A stretch of DNA of 64,000 bases from an uncultured Planctomycetota bacterium (GTDB lineage: Bacteria; Planctomycetota; Planctomycetia; Isosphaerales; Isosphaeraceae), in the NCBI GenBank assembly GCA_963737655.1, contig CAVTTN010000002.1:4448001-4512000 (forward strand). The letters are read 5' to 3'. The position numbers were made by a program, and so were the translations under genes. Numbering within the stretch: position 1 is the first letter of the stretch; each line of letters begins with the position of its first letter. This document shows positions 62,750-64,000 of the stretch, piece after piece. Below the pieces are notes generated by a model. The model was not told the origin of the DNA. It did not search any database and worked only from the letters and a program-made list of their open reading frames with translations.

Positions 62750-64000
62750 ATGACCGTCCCGACCCCGTCGCTCTCCTGGCGCGTATTCGCCTTGACGGCC
62801 TCGGCCGCGATTGCCTGGGCCTTCGCCCTCGGCTCGACCGCCTCGGCCCAGGTGGGCGCGGAGGAGTCCGCGAAGAAGCTCAAGCCCGCTCCCGGGCTGG
62901 AGGCCACGCTCTGGGCGTCCGAGCCGATGGTCATCAACCCCACCACGATGGACATCGACTCCCGGGGCCGGGTCTGGATCACCGAGGGCCTGAATTACCG
63001 CTCCACCCACGGAGGCGGCAAGGGTTTCCCCCGCCACCCCGACGCCGACAAGATCAAGATCCTCGAAGACACCGACGGCGACGGCAAGGCCGACAAGATG
63101 ACCGTCTTCGCCGACAAGATCTGGCCGATCCCGATGGGCCTGGCCGTCGAGGAGCATTACGCGAAGGACGGCAAGTACACCGGATGCCGCGTGTTCGTCG
63201 GCAACAGCCCGGACATCCTCGTCTTCGAGGACACCGACGGCGACGACAAGGCCGACAAGCGCTATTCGCTCCTCACGGGGTTCGGCGGCGTGGACTCCGA
63301 TCACGGCGTCCACGGGATGGTCCTGGGGATGGACGGCAAGCTCTATTTCACCCACGGCGACGGCTGTTGCTCGTATGAACAGGATCACGGCCACCGCGAG
63401 CGCAACTTCGACGTGGTGGACAAATCCGGCCGTCACGTCTGGTCCGACCAGCTCGCCAACACCCTCCGCGTCAATCGCGACGGGACGCAGTTCGAGATCA
63501 TCGCCGACCGCCAGAGGAACAACTACGAGACCTGCCTGAACTCGTTCGGCAACATCTTCACCAGCGACAACGACGACGACGGCAATCGCGGATCGCGGGT
63601 GATCTGGGTCATGGAGGGCGGCAAATACGGCTATCGCACGCCGGGAAGCCCCCGGCACTGGGGCGAGGACGTCCCGGGGAACGTGCCCAAGCTCGTCGGC
63701 ACCGGCAACGGCAGTCCGTGCGGGGTCGCGGTTTACGAGGGCGAACTCCTGCCCGAGGAATACCGCGGCTCGGTGATGGAGGCGGAGGCCGGCCCTCGCG
63801 TGATCAATTATTTCCCCCTGACGAGGAAGGGCGCGGCGTTCCGCACCGAGCACAAGATCATGCTCGCCAGCGATGACCCGTGGTTCCGGCCGGTCGATGT
63901 CACCACGGCCCCCGACGGCTCGGTCTTCGTGGCCGACTGGTACGACGCGGGGGTCGGCGGCCACTCGTTCCGCGACCAGACGACCGGGCGGATCTTCCGG
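62750..64000 (+). CDS. PVC-type heme-binding / glucose-sorbosone dehydrogenase-like beta-propeller protein, 5' part (truncated by window edge)
   Basis: Signal peptide; LWASEPMVINP..MDIDSRGRVW, LEDTDGDGKAD repeats, HG...G.DG.LYF, DNDDDG, FRPVDV..APDGS.FVADWYD. Confidence 0.9.
   Translation, partial: MTVPTPSLSWRVFALTASAAIAWAFALGSTASAQVGAEESAKKLKPAPGLEATLWASEPMVINPTTMDIDSRGRVWITEGLNYRSTHGGGKGFPRHPDADKIKILEDTDGDGKADKMTVFADKIWPIPMGLAVEEHYAKDGKYTGCRVFVGNSPDILVFEDTDGDDKADKRYSLLTGFGGVDSDHGVHGMVLGMDGKLYFTHGDGCCSYEQDHGHRERNFDVVDKSGRHVWSDQLANTLRVNRDGTQFEIIADRQRNNYETCLNSFGNIFTSDNDDDGNRGSRVIWVMEGGKYGYRTPGSPRHWGEDVPGNVPKLVGTGNGSPCGVAVYEGELLPEEYRGSVMEAEAGPRVINYFPLTRKGAAFRTEHKIMLASDDPWFRPVDVTTAPDGSVFVADWYDAGVGGHSFRDQTTGRIFR

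Overview
High-GC chromosomal segment, very probably from a Planctomycete of the Isosphaeraceae type. This is inferred from the DUF1559, DUF1552/DUF1592, DUF1570, DUF1573, DUF6797 and PVC-type heme proteins and the ffh-rpsP-trmD-rplS gene order. The window carries housekeeping genes (ffh, rpsP, trmD, rplS, pyrG, nagA, tRNA-Ala(UGC), a ygfZ-like gene), a large two-component signalling island (FixL-like PAS kinase/NarL pair opposite a globin-coupled kinase, hybrid kinase and ANTAR regulator), an aldehyde-detox cluster, peptidases, oxidoreductases, an ECF sigma/anti-sigma pair, a HicAB module and many GTAG/GTGG-type REP palindromes. The most notable observations are: (1) a stand-alone SRP M-domain paralog that has lost most RNA-contact residues, directly behind ffh and translationally coupled to a membrane protein; (2) a DUF1573-DUF1559-Cys-rich secreted precursor operon with a double-glycine-like leader motif, whose first gene has an (AT)8 tract putting its lipoprotein signal out of frame; (3) a gene captured between two inverted REP arms; (4) a stand-alone EF-Tu domain-3-like protein. 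At least six genes, including pyrG, contain single-base frameshifts. The assembly therefore probably has indel errors, and every frame-dependent finding needs checking against reads. All family assignments come from motif recognition by eye, not from database searches.
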